32,000 nucleotides of DNA from Bacillus subtilis subsp. subtilis str. 168 (GCF_000009045.1 NC_000964.3:900001-932000), one strand, 5' to 3'; positions 1-10,839 are shown, numbered from the stretch's first letter. The notes: generated by a model not told the origin, from the sequence alone. Made by a program: numbers and translations.

Positions 1-79
1 GTATTGCTGAAGGAGGGATGCATTGGCTTATGCTTGGTGTCGGGTGCTCTGCCATTCTTGAAAGAAGGGGAAGAAAGCC

Positions 80-1528
80 GTGAGTACAAAAAAGAAAGAG
101 GCTGTAATAGGAAAAGAAAGCTTAGCTCATAAAGGGCTTTTACGAACGATTACATTGGTATCTACATTCGGCGGCCTGTTGTTCGGTTATGATACGGGTG
201 TCATTAATGGGGCACTTCCTTTTATGGCAACTGCAGGTCAGCTGAATCTTACACCTGTTACAGAAGGACTGGTTGCGAGTTCCCTGCTTCTCGGGGCAGC
301 CTTCGGGGCGATGTTTGGAGGACGTCTGTCCGATCGGCACGGCCGCCGAAAAACGATCCTTTATTTAGCCTTACTCTTCATCGCAGCCACACTTGGCTGT
401 ACCTTTTCACCAAACGCGTCCGTGATGATTGCCTTTCGTTTTCTGCTTGGACTGGCGGTTGGCTGCGCTTCTGTAACGGTTCCAACCTTTTTAGCGGAAA
501 TTTCGCCGGCAGAACGCAGGGGACGAATCGTGACACAAAATGAACTGATGATCGTAATTGGCCAGCTTCTGGCATACACCTTTAACGCCATTATTGGCAG
601 CACAATGGGGGAGAGCGCAAATGTATGGCGGTATATGCTGGTCATCGCGACACTTCCGGCTGTTGTGTTATGGTTCGGAATGCTCATCGTGCCTGAAAGC
701 CCGCGCTGGCTGGCAGCTAAAGGCAGAATGGGTGACGCCCTGCGGGTGCTTCGGCAAATCCGTGAAGACAGTCAGGCACAGCAGGAAATAAAAGAAATCA
801 AACATGCGATTGAGGGCACAGCAAAAAAGGCCGGCTTTCATGATTTTCAAGAGCCGTGGATAAGGCGCATTCTATTCATTGGGATTGGAATCGCCATCGT
901 ACAGCAAATTACCGGTGTCAATTCGATTATGTACTATGGGACAGAAATTCTGAGAGAAGCCGGTTTTCAAACAGAAGCTGCATTAATCGGCAATATTGCA
1001 AACGGTGTTATTTCAGTTATTGCGGTCATTTTTGGGATATGGCTTCTCGGCAAAGTCCGTCGCCGGCCCATGCTGATCATCGGACAGATTGGCACGATGA
1101 CAGCCCTTCTGCTGATCGGGATTTTATCCATTGTCCTTGAAGGAACACCCGCCCTGCCGTATGTTGTGCTGAGTTTGACCATTTTGTTTCTTGCGTTTCA
1201 GCAGACTGCCATTTCTACGGTGACGTGGCTGATGCTCTCGGAAATCTTTCCTATGCATGTGCGGGGGCTTGGCATGGGGATCAGCACCTTCTGCTTGTGG
1301 ACAGCTAACTTTCTCATTGGATTCACCTTTCCCATTTTGCTCAATCATATTGGGATGTCGGCGACATTTTTTATCTTTGTCGCTATGAATATCCTAGCGA
1401 TTCTATTTGTGAAAAAATATGTGCCTGAGACAAAAGGGCGGTCACTTGAACAGCTTGAGCATTCCTTTCGCCAGTATGGCCGCCGCGCTGATCAGGAAAT
1501 CCAAAATCAAACAACTCACTTATCGTAA
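80..1528 (+). CDS. yfiG: MFS sugar/inositol-type transporter
   Basis: 482 aa; sugar porter motifs [35 protein letters not shown]; GTG start; matches B. subtilis YfiG by recall. Confidence 0.9.
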   Translation: MSTKKKEAVIGKESLAHKGLLRTITLVSTFGGLLFGYDTGVINGALPFMATAGQLNLTPVTEGLVASSLLLGAAFGAMFGGRLSDRHGRRKTILYLALLFIAATLGCTFSPNASVMIAFRFLLGLAVGCASVTVPTFLAEISPAERRGRIVTQNELMIVIGQLLAYTFNAIIGSTMGESANVWRYMLVIATLPAVVLWFGMLIVPESPRWLAAKGRMGDALRVLRQIREDSQAQQEIKEIKHAIEGTAKKAGFHDFQEPWIRRILFIGIGIAIVQQITGVNSIMYYGTEILREAGFQTEAALIGNIANGVISVIAVIFGIWLLGKVRRRPMLIIGQIGTMTALLLIGILSIVLEGTPALPYVVLSLTILFLAFQQTAISTVTWLMLSEIFPMHVRGLGMGISTFCLWTANFLIGFTFPILLNHIGMSATFFIFVAMNILAILFVKKYVPETKGRSLEQLEHSFRQYGRRADQEIQNQTTHLS

Positions 1529-1554
1529 CCTGAGATACCAGGAGGAATCTATCA

Positions 1555-2496
1555 ATGAAACTATCTTATGTAACAGACAGCCTAGGGCATTTGCCTTTTG
1601 AAGACATGCTCAATTTTGCCGCAAAGCTTGGGATCGATACACTTGAAATGACAACCGGGGGCTGGTCGCCGGCACCTCACTTGAATCTTGATGAATTGCT
1701 GCAAAGCAGCGAAAAAAGAAAAGAATTTTCACAAGCGCTGGAAAAGCGGAACATGACACTTTGCGCATTAAACTGCTCGGGGAACCCTTTAGATCCGGGT
1801 GAATTGGGCAAATCGCACAGAGACATAACTGACAAAACGATGGAGCTGGCTGGATTATTAGGCGTCAAAAAAGTGATCATGATGAGCGGTTTGCCAGCCG
1901 GCGGCCCGGACGACAAAGTGCCGAACTGGATCACATACACAGTAAGCTGGCCTCCCGTTTTAAAAGATATCCTCAACTATCAATGGGAAGACGTTGCGAT
2001 CCCATATTGGAAGAAGCTTGTCAAAAAAGCGGAGGCCTGCGGCGTGGGGAAAATAGCGCTTGAGAACTTCAGCTCTCAATTAGTCTATAATCCTGAGACT
2101 CTCTTTCGGCTCAGAAATGCAGTCGGCCCGATGGTCGGTTTGAATCTTGACCCGAGCCATTTGTTATGGATGGGCGCAGACCCGATCATCGCAGCAAGGG
2201 AGCTCGGCTCAGCCATTCACCATGTCCATGGGAAAGATGTCAGAATTGAAAGATATTTATCGGCGGTCAACGGACTTTTAGAAACAAAAGAAGTGACAGA
2301 TCCTGCAAACCGGGCGTGGAATTACGTAGCTGTCGGCTGTGGACAGGATTTACAGTGGTGGAAGGAATTTTTTTCAGTTGTAAAAATGATGGGATATGAA
2401 GGTGAGGTTTCTTTAGAAATGGAGGATCTGACGATGTCACCTGAAGCGGGCATCCGTACTTCTGTAGAAGCTTTAAAACAAACCATCAGCCAATAG
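1555..2496 (+). CDS. yfiH: Sugar phosphate isomerase/epimerase (AP endonuclease 2-like TIM barrel)
   Basis: 313 aa; AGGAGG RBS before the ATG; TIM-barrel xylose isomerase-like pattern (NLDPSHLLWMGADP, HVHGKD); adjacent to the transporter. Confidence 0.88.
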   Translation: MKLSYVTDSLGHLPFEDMLNFAAKLGIDTLEMTTGGWSPAPHLNLDELLQSSEKRKEFSQALEKRNMTLCALNCSGNPLDPGELGKSHRDITDKTMELAGLLGVKKVIMMSGLPAGGPDDKVPNWITYTVSWPPVLKDILNYQWEDVAIPYWKKLVKKAEACGVGKIALENFSSQLVYNPETLFRLRNAVGPMVGLNLDPSHLLWMGADPIIAARELGSAIHHVHGKDVRIERYLSAVNGLLETKEVTDPANRAWNYVAVGCGQDLQWWKEFFSVVKMMGYEGEVSLEMEDLTMSPEAGIRTSVEALKQTISQ

Positions 2497-2505
2497 GAGG
2501 TTTTC

Positions 2506-3687
2506 ATGATGCTAAATGGAGAAAGAATCATCTCTAAGCCGCTTCGCTGGGCAATGGTAGGCGGCGGGCGGCTCAGCCAGGTTGGATATAAACATCGTAT
2601 TGGAGCGCTGAGAGACAATACTGCTTTTCAATTAACTGCTGGCGCTTTTGATATCGATGCCGAAAGAGGAAAAGATTTCGGGGTGAACCTTGGAGTGGAT
2701 GCGGAACGCTGTTATCCCAACTATCAAACCATGTTTGCCGAGGAAGCGAAAAGACAGGATGGCATAGAGGTAGTATCGATTGCCACTCCGAACGGCACTC
2801 ATTATGAGATTTGTAAGGCGGCGCTTGAAGCAGGAGTGCATGTCATCTGTGAAAAACCGCTGTTCTTCACTTCAGCAGAGGGGCAGGAAATCAAAGCGCT
2901 CGCAGAGAAAAAAGGGAAAATTGTCGGCGTGACGTACGGTTTTTCAGGCAATCAAATGCTTCTTCAAATGCGTGCGATGATTGAACAAGGAATGATCGGC
3001 GATATTCGCGTGGTTGACTTGCAGTACACACACGGTTTTTGTGCAACAGATGAAGGTGAAAAGATAAGCGCTGCACAGAAATGGCGTGTCGACCCTGCGA
3101 TCGCCGGGCCAAGCTTTGTGCTGGGCGATTTATCTACCCACACGTATTATATGTCACAGCTTATTATGCCAAAGATGAAAATTAAGGAGCTGCTGTGTGA
3201 CCGACAGAGCTTCGTCGGCAGCCGCGCACCGCTAGAGGATAATGCCCATGTGCTGATGCATTATGAAAATGGAGCGGTCGGAACGATGTGGACATCGTCA
3301 ATCAATGCCGGATGTATGGATGGCCATAGAATCCGGATTGTCGGCTCAAAGGCAAGCATTGAGTGGTGGGACAGCAAGCCAAATGAACTGACGTATGAAG
3401 TGCAGGGAGAGCCGGGCCAGACACTCGTTCGCGGCATGCCGTATTTAGATGATGTTTGCAACGCCGATGAACGACTGGGCGCCTTACACAGCGAAGGGCT
3501 GTCCGAAGCATGGGCCAATATTTATCTTAAATTTGCCATTGCGATAGACGCCAAAAACCGTGAAGATGAAGAAATCTTGAACAACTTGGTTTATCCTGAC
3601 ATTGATGCAGGGATCGAGGGCATTCGCTGGATTGAGAACTGCGTGCGCTCGGCAAACCAAGGGTCAGTTTGGGTTGAATTTAAATAA
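2506..3687 (+). CDS. yfiI: Gfo/Idh/MocA family NAD(P)-dependent oxidoreductase
   Basis: 393 aa; N-terminal Rossmann motif MVGGGRLSQVG, EKPLFFTS; 9 nt downstream of yfiH. Confidence 0.88.
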   Translation: MMLNGERIISKPLRWAMVGGGRLSQVGYKHRIGALRDNTAFQLTAGAFDIDAERGKDFGVNLGVDAERCYPNYQTMFAEEAKRQDGIEVVSIATPNGTHYEICKAALEAGVHVICEKPLFFTSAEGQEIKALAEKKGKIVGVTYGFSGNQMLLQMRAMIEQGMIGDIRVVDLQYTHGFCATDEGEKISAAQKWRVDPAIAGPSFVLGDLSTHTYYMSQLIMPKMKIKELLCDRQSFVGSRAPLEDNAHVLMHYENGAVGTMWTSSINAGCMDGHRIRIVGSKASIEWWDSKPNELTYEVQGEPGQTLVRGMPYLDDVCNADERLGALHSEGLSEAWANIYLKFAIAIDAKNREDEEILNNLVYPDIDAGIEGIRWIENCVRSANQGSVWVEFK

Positions 3688-3700
3688 ATGAGGGAATGCG

Positions 3701-3735
3701 CCGCATATGACATAAAGTTCATATGCGGTTTTTAT
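3701..3735 (+). terminator. Rho-independent terminator after yfiGHI
   Basis: CCGCATATGA / TCATATGCGG 10-bp stem followed by TTTTTA. Confidence 0.75.
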
Positions 3736-3810
3736 TTTCCAGAAACTCCTGTCAAAAATGCCCTGAGGCAGGTATGATAAGAAGGGAATTGGGTATCGGG
3801 AGTGATGAGC

Positions 3811-5013
3811 GTGAAAGCTCTTTTTTTTACGAGAATGTTCACCTTGATGGTGAGCTGTTTAATGTATCTGTCCATTGTGAAAGAGGATAACTGGTTTGGA
3901 TATGTATTTATAGCAGCAGGTGCTGCCATGTATGCAGCCAATCATGTTTTGCTGACAAAAGAGACAAATGCCATCTGGTTCTGCCTGATTGATATTGCAA
4001 TCGGCTTTTCGTTCGGATTTATCTTTCCCGGCACAGGTTTGTTCATTATTATGCTTTGTCCGGTTGCGGTCGCCTTTTTTCTGCGGGGGTTTCCTAAAAG
4101 AACAGCATGGTCTGTCTTATGTCTTTCCTCTATTTTATTTTTGACCGTCCTCATCCGTACATATGCGATGTTCGGCAATGAATTTGTCATTGATCATTTG
4201 ACTAGCATGACATTCGTTGTCTTCTGCGGTGTCGTGGGCAAATTAATCCGCAAGCTGTTGGATGCGCAGGATACGGCAAAACAGCAGTTTCAGGAACTGA
4301 CGGAGTCCCATCTGGCGCTGTCTGCTGCACATCAGGAGCTCCATTTATATGCGAAGCAGGTTGAAGAGCTGACTGCCATTTACGAGCGGAACAGAATGGC
4401 GCGTGAAATCCATGATACAGTGGGGCATAAAATGACGGCCCTTCTCGTCCAGCTGCAGCTTTTGCGTGAATGGCAAAAAAGAGACAGCCAAAAAGCGGAT
4501 GAGACAGTAGGTGTCTGTGAAACACTTGCCCGTGAAGCGCTTGATGATGTCCGCTTATCAGTACGCACTCTGCAAACTGAAAACGATCCTTCGCTAATCG
4601 AATCGCTGAAACAGCTGACAGAGGACTTTTGCAAAAATGCAGGAGTCACAACAGAATTTGCGGTCAGCGGTGATCCTGCAATCATCCCGCTGTCTCTCCA
4701 TCCGACCCTGATCAGAACGGTGCAGGAAGCACTGACCAATGCCAAACGGCACGGCGGCGCCGCAGCCTGTTCGATACAGCTTGCCTGCACAACGGACAGC
4801 ATCAGCCTTGTCATTAAGGATGACGGCAAAGGCAATCCTGAGGCAGCACTTGGTTTTGGTCTCTTGAATATGAAAAAGCGGGCAGCGGAGCATGGCGGAA
4901 TGATCCGCTTTGAAAGCGAACGGGATCAAGGATTTACTGTAAATGCAGAATTTTCACTTGCCAATAAAAAATGGAGCTTCGGGCCCGTGCAGCAAAAGGA
5001 GAGTTTATCATGA
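3811..5013 (+). CDS. lnrJ: Sensor histidine kinase of the LnrJK two-component system
   Basis: N-terminal TM segments, HisKA_3 motif REIHDTVGHKMTALLVQLQLL, HATPase NAKRHGG...GFGLLNM. ORF opens at GTG 3802, but the GTG at 3811 has a better-spaced GGGAG RBS (400 aa). Formerly yfiJ. Confidence 0.9.
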   Translation: MKALFFTRMFTLMVSCLMYLSIVKEDNWFGYVFIAAGAAMYAANHVLLTKETNAIWFCLIDIAIGFSFGFIFPGTGLFIIMLCPVAVAFFLRGFPKRTAWSVLCLSSILFLTVLIRTYAMFGNEFVIDHLTSMTFVVFCGVVGKLIRKLLDAQDTAKQQFQELTESHLALSAAHQELHLYAKQVEELTAIYERNRMAREIHDTVGHKMTALLVQLQLLREWQKRDSQKADETVGVCETLAREALDDVRLSVRTLQTENDPSLIESLKQLTEDFCKNAGVTTEFAVSGDPAIIPLSLHPTLIRTVQEALTNAKRHGGAAACSIQLACTTDSISLVIKDDGKGNPEAALGFGLLNMKKRAAEHGGMIRFESERDQGFTVNAEFSLANKKWSFGPVQQKESLS

Positions 5014-5672
5014 TTAAGATCATCATTACCGACGATCAGGATATCGTCAGAGAAGGGCTGGCATCCCTGCTCCAGCTCCGAGAAGAGCTCGATGTGATCG
5101 CAACGGCGCGAAACGGACAGGAAGCCTTCGAAAAGGCGAAAGAGCTGGAGCCGGATATCGTGTTAATGGACATCCGCATGCCGGTTTCCAACGGGGTGGA
5201 GGGAACAAAATTAATCACAAGCTCGCTGCCAAGCGTAAAGGTTTTGATGCTGACAACCTTTAAGGATTCAGCGCTGATTGCTGAAGCGCTTGAAGAGGGA
5301 GCAAGCGGGTATCTGCTGAAGGATATGTCTGCAGATACGATTGTAAAAGCAGTGATGACTGTTCATTCTGGCGGAATGGTGCTTCCGCCGGAATTGACTG
5401 CCCAAATGCTGAATGAATGGAAGCGTGAAAAACAGCTGAAAGGAATAAATGAGATAGAAAAACCTAACGAGCTGCTCGACCTGACCGAGCGCGAAATCGA
5501 AGTTCTGGCTGAGCTGGGATACGGGCTGAATAACAAAGAAATTGCCGAAAAGCTTTACATTACAGAAGGCACAGTCAAAAACCACGTTTCAAATATTATC
5601 AGCAAGCTGGCTGTCAGGGACAGAACCCAAGCCGCCATTTACTCGGTCAGATATGGTGTATCTGTCTTTTGA
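5010..5672 (+). CDS. lnrK: NarL/LuxR-family response regulator of the LnrJK system
   Basis: Receiver domain MIKIIITDDQDIVREGL..DIVLMDIRMP; LuxR HTH LTEREIEVLAELGYGLNNKEIAEKLYITEGTVKNHV. ATG 5010 overlaps the lnrJ stop (ATGA). Formerly yfiK. Confidence 0.92.
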   Translation: MIKIIITDDQDIVREGLASLLQLREELDVIATARNGQEAFEKAKELEPDIVLMDIRMPVSNGVEGTKLITSSLPSVKVLMLTTFKDSALIAEALEEGASGYLLKDMSADTIVKAVMTVHSGGMVLPPELTAQMLNEWKREKQLKGINEIEKPNELLDLTEREIEVLAELGYGLNNKEIAEKLYITEGTVKNHVSNIISKLAVRDRTQAAIYSVRYGVSVF

Positions 5673-5702
5673 CATATGACGTTTTGCATATACGCTTCTC
5701 TG

Positions 5703-5728
5703 AAAAGGCCTTTTACAGGCCTTTTTTT
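5703..5728 (+). terminator. Terminator after lnrJK
   Basis: AAAAGGCCT TTTAC AGGCCTTTTTTT. Confidence 0.75.
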
Positions 5729-5815
5729 CATGCCCTATGTTCTATCTGCCGCTACATGCCGCACGCCTTTCTTTCTTCTACAATGGCAATGGATCAAAAA
5801 AAGGAGTGAGACGAC

Positions 5816-6751
5816 GTGCTGCAAGCAGAAAACATCAAAAAGGCATACGGAAAAAAAACAATCGTGAAAGGCATTTCTTTTTCCCTCAAAAAGGGGGAGT
5901 CGTTCGGTCTGCTCGGGCCTAACGGTGCGGGGAAATCCACAACCATCTCGATGATTTCCGGCCTTGTGCCGCATGACAGCGGGAACATCACGGTGGGCGG
6001 CTATGTTATCGGAAAAGAAACGGCCAAAGCGAAACAAAAAATCGGCATTGTTCCGCAGGAAATTGCATTATATCCGACGCTGACGGCTCATGAGAATCTT
6101 ATGTTTTGGGGGAAAATGTACGGACTTACGCACGGTGAGGCCAAAAAAAGAGCGGCTGAGGTCCTTGAATATGTCGGTCTGACTGAGCGGGCTAAAGATA
6201 AGATTGAAACATTTTCCGGGGGGATGAAACGAAGAATCAACATCGGTGCGGCTTTAATGCATAAGCCCGAGCTGCTGATTATGGATGAACCGACTGTCGG
6301 TATTGACCCTCAATCGAGAAATCACATTTTAGAAACGGTCAAACAGCTCAACGAAACGGGCATGACGGTGATCTATACGAGTCATTACATGGAAGAAGTT
6401 GAGTTTTTATGCGACCGGATCGGGATAATTGATCAGGGGGAAATGATTGCGATTGGCACAAAAACTGATTTGTGCAGCCGCCTTGGGGGCGATACCATCA
6501 TTCAGCTCACGGTCAGCGGGATCAATGAAGCGTTTCTTGTGGCGATCCGATCTCTGGCCCATGTGAATGATGTAACAGTACATGAATTAGAGCTCAAAAT
6601 TGACATTTCTGCGGCTCATCATGAGAAAGTCGTCACAAGCCTGCTTGCTGAAGCCACTGCTCATCATATAAACCTGCTGTCTCTTCAGGTGCAGGAACCG
6701 AATCTGGAGCGCCTGTTTCTGAATCTGACCGGCCGCACGTTGCGGGATTGA
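5816..6751 (+). CDS. lnrL: ABC transporter ATP-binding protein, linearmycin-type resistance exporter
   Basis: 311 aa; Walker A GPNGAGKST, signature FSGGMKRR, Walker B LLIMDEPT; GTG start with GGAGTGAG RBS. Formerly yfiL. Confidence 0.9.
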   Translation: MLQAENIKKAYGKKTIVKGISFSLKKGESFGLLGPNGAGKSTTISMISGLVPHDSGNITVGGYVIGKETAKAKQKIGIVPQEIALYPTLTAHENLMFWGKMYGLTHGEAKKRAAEVLEYVGLTERAKDKIETFSGGMKRRINIGAALMHKPELLIMDEPTVGIDPQSRNHILETVKQLNETGMTVIYTSHYMEEVEFLCDRIGIIDQGEMIAIGTKTDLCSRLGGDTIIQLTVSGINEAFLVAIRSLAHVNDVTVHELELKIDISAAHHEKVVTSLLAEATAHHINLLSLQVQEPNLERLFLNLTGRTLRD

Positions 6752-6763
6752 GGAGGGACGGCA

Positions 6764-7954
6764 ATGAAAAAAAGCATATGGATCGCATGGAAAGATGTGA
6801 AAATCAGAATCACGGACAGAAAAGGGTTTATGATGCTTATCCTAATGCCGCTCATCCTAACCTGTATTTTAGGCGCAGCGCTCGGATCAGTTGTTGACGG
6901 AGGCAGCCGGATTGATGATATCAAAGTCGGCTACATTCAATCAGACCAGTCAGATACAGCAAACATGTTTACAAAAGATGTTCTCAAAAAAATGAAGTCG
7001 ATAAAGGTCACAAAAGTCGGCAGCAAAGACAAGATGAAAAAACTGATTGATGAAAAGAAAATCGATGTAGGCATCGTTATCCCGAACCATTGGGAAGCCG
7101 GCAAAACCTCAGCTGTTGTTAATGCCGCTCCTGATCAAACATTGAAAAGTTCCATCATTGAAACAGCTGCAAGCTCATTTATAGAGCAATATAAAGCGGT
7201 AAAGGAAGCCGCGTCAGGCTCAATGGACTACATCAGTAAAACGGAAGCTGTAAAGCAAGGAAAACTTGACCCTGCACAGTTTGCAGAAAAGCTGGCAAAG
7301 ACGCTAGAAAAAGAAACAGGTGACAAGCTTACTATTGCGGAAAAATCTGTCGGCAGCAAAGCCGTTACCAGTTTTCAATACTATTCGGCGGCAATGCTTT
7401 GCATGTTTATGCTGTTTCATATCACAGTCGGGGCGAAATCATTTTTACAGGAAAAGGATACGGAGACGCTTGCCAGAATGCTGATGACGCCTGCGCAAAA
7501 ATCCGTCATTCTCTTCGGAAAATGGCTTGGGACGTATCTGTTTGCCATCATACAATTTTTCATATTTCTGATCGTCACAATCAACGTATTTGGTGTGGAC
7601 TGGGGCGGTAATCTGCTGTTAGTGAGTGTACTCGGGCTTTCTTACGCCGCAGCTGTATCTGGTATTTCAATGCTGCTTGCGTCGTGCATCAGCGATATGA
7701 AAACTGCAGATGCGATAGGCGGCTTCGGCATTCAATTGCTTGCGGTTCTCGGCGGGTCCATGCTGCCGCTGTACCAATTTCCGGACGTCTTGCAGTCTGT
7801 ATCCAAAGCGGTGCCAAATCGCTGGGCGCTTGACGGCTTTCTTTCTTTAATGGAAGGGGGAGGCTGGGCTGACCTTCAAAAGCCTGTGCTTCTTTTTGCG
7901 GCGATCGGCTTTTGTTCACTTGTAATTGGTATCAGACGGCTTCATACAAGATAA
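6764..7954 (+). CDS. lnrM: ABC-2 type transporter permease
   Basis: 396 aa; N-terminal TM, large extracytoplasmic domain, C-terminal TM cluster; follows lnrL. Formerly yfiM. Confidence 0.88.
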
Positions 7955-7967
7955 GGAGGTACAAAAG

Positions 7968-9125
7968 GTGAAAAAAATTCTAGCCATTTGCGGCATTGAG
8001 CTTTCTCTCATTTTTAAGAAGCCACAGAACTATTTGATCATGTTTGCTGCCCCGCTTTTGCTTACCTTTGTATTTGGGAGTATGCTCAGCGGCAATGATG
8101 ATAAGGTGCGGCTTGCAATCGTTGATCAGGACGATACGATTCTCTCACAGCATTATATTCGGCAGCTGAAGGCACACGATGATATGTATGTATTCGAAAA
8201 CATGTCTGAAAGCAAAGCGTCAGAAAAGCTGAAACAAAAGAAAATTGCCGGGATCATCGTCATTTCCCGCTCGTTCCAGACACAGCTGGAAAAAGGCAAA
8301 CATCCTGAGCTGATTTTCCGTCACGGCCCTGAGCTGTCGGAAGCGCCGATGGTCAAACAATATGCAGAAAGCGCATTGGCAACGCTCAATATTCAGGTGA
8401 CCGCGGCAAAAACGGCATCTCAGACAGCGGGAGAGAACTGGAAGGCGGCGTATAAAACGGTTTTCGCCAAAAAACATGAAGATATAGTTCCGGCTGTAAC
8501 ACGACAGACGCTCAGTGATAAAAAAGAGGGTGCGGAAGCAAGTGACACAGCCTCCAGAGCAGCAGGGTTTTCCATCCTGTTTGTCATGCTGACCATGATG
8601 GGAGCGGCTGGAACCATTTTAGAAGCAAGAAAAAACGGCGTATGGTCCAGATTGCTTACAGCCTCTGTCAGCCGAGCCGAAATCGGTGCTGGGTATGTGC
8701 TGTCCTTCTTTGTCATTGGCTGGATTCAATTTGGAATATTGCTTCTTTCCACCCATTGGCTGTTTGGCATCAACTGGGGGAATCCGGCTGCAGTTATTGT
8801 ATTAGTGTCACTTTTTCTATTGACCGTTGTCGGCATTGGATTGATGATTGCGGCCAACGTCAGAACGCCAGAACAGCAGCTTGCGTTCGGCAACTTGTTT
8901 GTCATCGCAACATGTATGGTGAGCGGGATGTATTGGCCGATCGACATTGAACCGAAATTTATGCAATCCATCGCTGAATTTCTTCCGCAAAAGTGGGCGA
9001 TGAGCGGGTTGACAGAGATTATCGCTAACGGTGCCCGCGTCACAGATATTCTCGGAATCTGCGGCATTTTGCTTGCATTTGCTGCGATCACTTTCGCAGC
9101 GGGGCTGAAAGCGCTCCGAGCCTAA
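7968..9125 (+). CDS. lnrN: ABC-2 type transporter permease
   Basis: ORF track opens at 7926, but AAGGAGG followed by GTG at 7968 is the better start (385 aa). Same architecture as lnrM. Formerly yfiN. Confidence 0.88.
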   Translation: MKKILAICGIELSLIFKKPQNYLIMFAAPLLLTFVFGSMLSGNDDKVRLAIVDQDDTILSQHYIRQLKAHDDMYVFENMSESKASEKLKQKKIAGIIVISRSFQTQLEKGKHPELIFRHGPELSEAPMVKQYAESALATLNIQVTAAKTASQTAGENWKAAYKTVFAKKHEDIVPAVTRQTLSDKKEGAEASDTASRAAGFSILFVMLTMMGAAGTILEARKNGVWSRLLTASVSRAEIGAGYVLSFFVIGWIQFGILLLSTHWLFGINWGNPAAVIVLVSLFLLTVVGIGLMIAANVRTPEQQLAFGNLFVIATCMVSGMYWPIDIEPKFMQSIAEFLPQKWAMSGLTEIIANGARVTDILGICGILLAFAAITFAAGLKALRA

Positions 9126-9156
9126 AAAACATCTGCCGTTTAGGCAGATGTTTTTT
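9125..9156 (+). terminator. Terminator after lnrLMN
   Basis: AACATCTGCC GTTTA GGCAGATGTTTTTTT. Confidence 0.8.
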
Positions 9157-9197
9157 TGCATGTGGGTACATTCGTATGGGTGCAGCCTGAACTGCGG

Positions 9198-9746
9198 TTA
9201 ATCCTTATCTATCATAGCTAAAATTGATTCCAGCCAAGAAACGTAATTTTTCTCCCGCTCCAGCGCTTTCGTTAGCACAAGATAGTGGCCGAAGTCCGGT
9301 GAAGAAAATGACATCGGCTCTGCTGAAGCCATAAGCTTTTCATAGCTTCCCTGTAAGTCAGAAAGCTTGGCCTGGCGTTTTTGCAGCTGGTCTTTGAACA
9401 AATCAGAAGCCTCCTGGCGCGATAGACAAGAAATGAAATAAGCCTTCAGCATAAATTCATCCTTCACCGTCTCGGGTATCGGCTGGTGGCGGATCAGCCA
9501 GTCATGCAGCTCCTGCTTTCCGCTGTCTGTCAGGGTGTACATCTTTTTCTCCAGCTTTGTGCCCTGAATCGTTGTCCGGAACGTGATAAATCCTTCATCC
9601 GTCAGCTTTTTGAGCTCAGGGTAAATCTGGCTGTGCTTGGCGCTCCAAAACTGGCCGAGCTCCTCTTTAAAATAACTCGTAATATCGTATCCACTCAATT
9701 CGCCTTTTCGCAAAAGCCCTAATATGGCGTATTTTAATACTCTCAT
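9198..9746 (-). CDS. padR: PadR, phenolic-acid responsive transcriptional repressor
   Basis: 182 aa; N-terminal PadR wHTH MRVLKYAILGLLRKGELSGYDITSYFKEELGQFWSAKHSQIYPELKKL; near-identical to B. subtilis PadR by recall. Confidence 0.9.
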   Translation of the reverse strand: MRVLKYAILGLLRKGELSGYDITSYFKEELGQFWSAKHSQIYPELKKLTDEGFITFRTTIQGTKLEKKMYTLTDSGKQELHDWLIRHQPIPETVKDEFMLKAYFISCLSRQEASDLFKDQLQKRQAKLSDLQGSYEKLMASAEPMSFSSPDFGHYLVLTKALEREKNYVSWLESILAMIDKD

Positions 9747-10018
9747 GCTATCCTCCGTGTCTGGCTGTTTCGCAAAACAGATGAGCCGGTGCTCAACTGT
9801 GATTCTAACTGCCTATTCCCCTTATTATAGAAAAGGGAGGAAGGGAACACAACCGGGCTCTTTGGAAATGAAGATAAAAGGTTTGTCAGAAGGTATCCGA
9901 TTTATCTCCGTCAATATAAAAGAGATTTAAATTTAATTTTCAGAAAAAATAGTAACGATATTGATTTTTTATATATAATAGGAAATTGGTGGTATGAAAA
10001 TTTTTTGGGGGAATAAAC

Positions 10019-10651
10019 GTGAAAAAAGTACTTATGGCATTCATTATTTGTTTATCGCTGATTCTATCTGTTTTAGCCGCTCCGCCGTCTGGCGCAAAAG
10101 CTGAGTCAGTACATAATCCTGTCGTTCTTGTTCATGGAATAAGTGGTGCATCATACAACTTTTTCGCTATTAAAAACTACTTAATTTCTCAAGGCTGGCA
10201 AAGCAACAAACTGTACGCAATTGATTTTTATGATAAAACAGGAAACAACCTAAATAACGGCCCGCAGCTTGCTTCATATGTTGACCGTGTTTTAAAAGAG
10301 ACTGGGGCAAAAAAAGTAGATATTGTGGCTCATAGTATGGGAGGCGCCAATACGCTGTACTATATTAAATATTTAGGCGGGGGCAATAAGATTCAAAATG
10401 TCGTAACGCTTGGAGGGGCTAATGGTTTAGTGTCATCAACCGCGCTGCCGGGCACAGACCCTAATCAAAAGATCCTCTATACATCTATTTACAGTCTCAA
10501 TGATCAAATTGTCATCAATAGCTTGTCTCGGTTACAAGGAGCGCGAAACATCCAGCTTTATGGCATCGGTCATATTGGCTTGCTTTCTAATAGCCAAGTG
10601 AACGGCTATATCAAAGAAGGGCTGAATGGCGGAGGCCTCAATACAAATTAA
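10019..10651 (+). CDS. estB: Secreted lipase/esterase (LipB/EstB)
   Basis: 210 aa; Sec signal peptide, AHSMGG nucleophile elbow typical of small Bacillus lipases; GTG start. Confidence 0.9.
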   Translation: MKKVLMAFIICLSLILSVLAAPPSGAKAESVHNPVVLVHGISGASYNFFAIKNYLISQGWQSNKLYAIDFYDKTGNNLNNGPQLASYVDRVLKETGAKKVDIVAHSMGGANTLYYIKYLGGGNKIQNVVTLGGANGLVSSTALPGTDPNQKILYTSIYSLNDQIVINSLSRLQGARNIQLYGIGHIGLLSNSQVNGYIKEGLNGGGLNTN

Positions 10652-10839
10652 TATCTTCAAAAAACAACCTGCTGTCTCCGTTACAGTGGGTTTTTTCGTC
10701 TGAGAAAGCCATAGGGTCTTATGACCTTAGTCTATCATGCATACGTCAATTTATGACATCAGGCACTTTTTCAAATAGAGCGGACATGTTAAGGTACAAC
10801 CATCGATTTCTATCAATTTGAAATAAAAGGAGCGCTGTT

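Noticed and set aside
9747-10018. AT-rich gap between padR and estB as a possible island boundary or small RNA
   Set aside because: Only a poorly conserved promoter-like stretch (TATATATAATA) was seen; there is no terminator-bounded transcript unit or conserved fold that I can support by eye.
10694-10839. Direct repeat TTATGAC upstream of yfiQ as a regulator site
   Set aside because: Two 7-mers in an AT-rich leader are likely by chance, and no symmetric element or clear promoter spacing was found.
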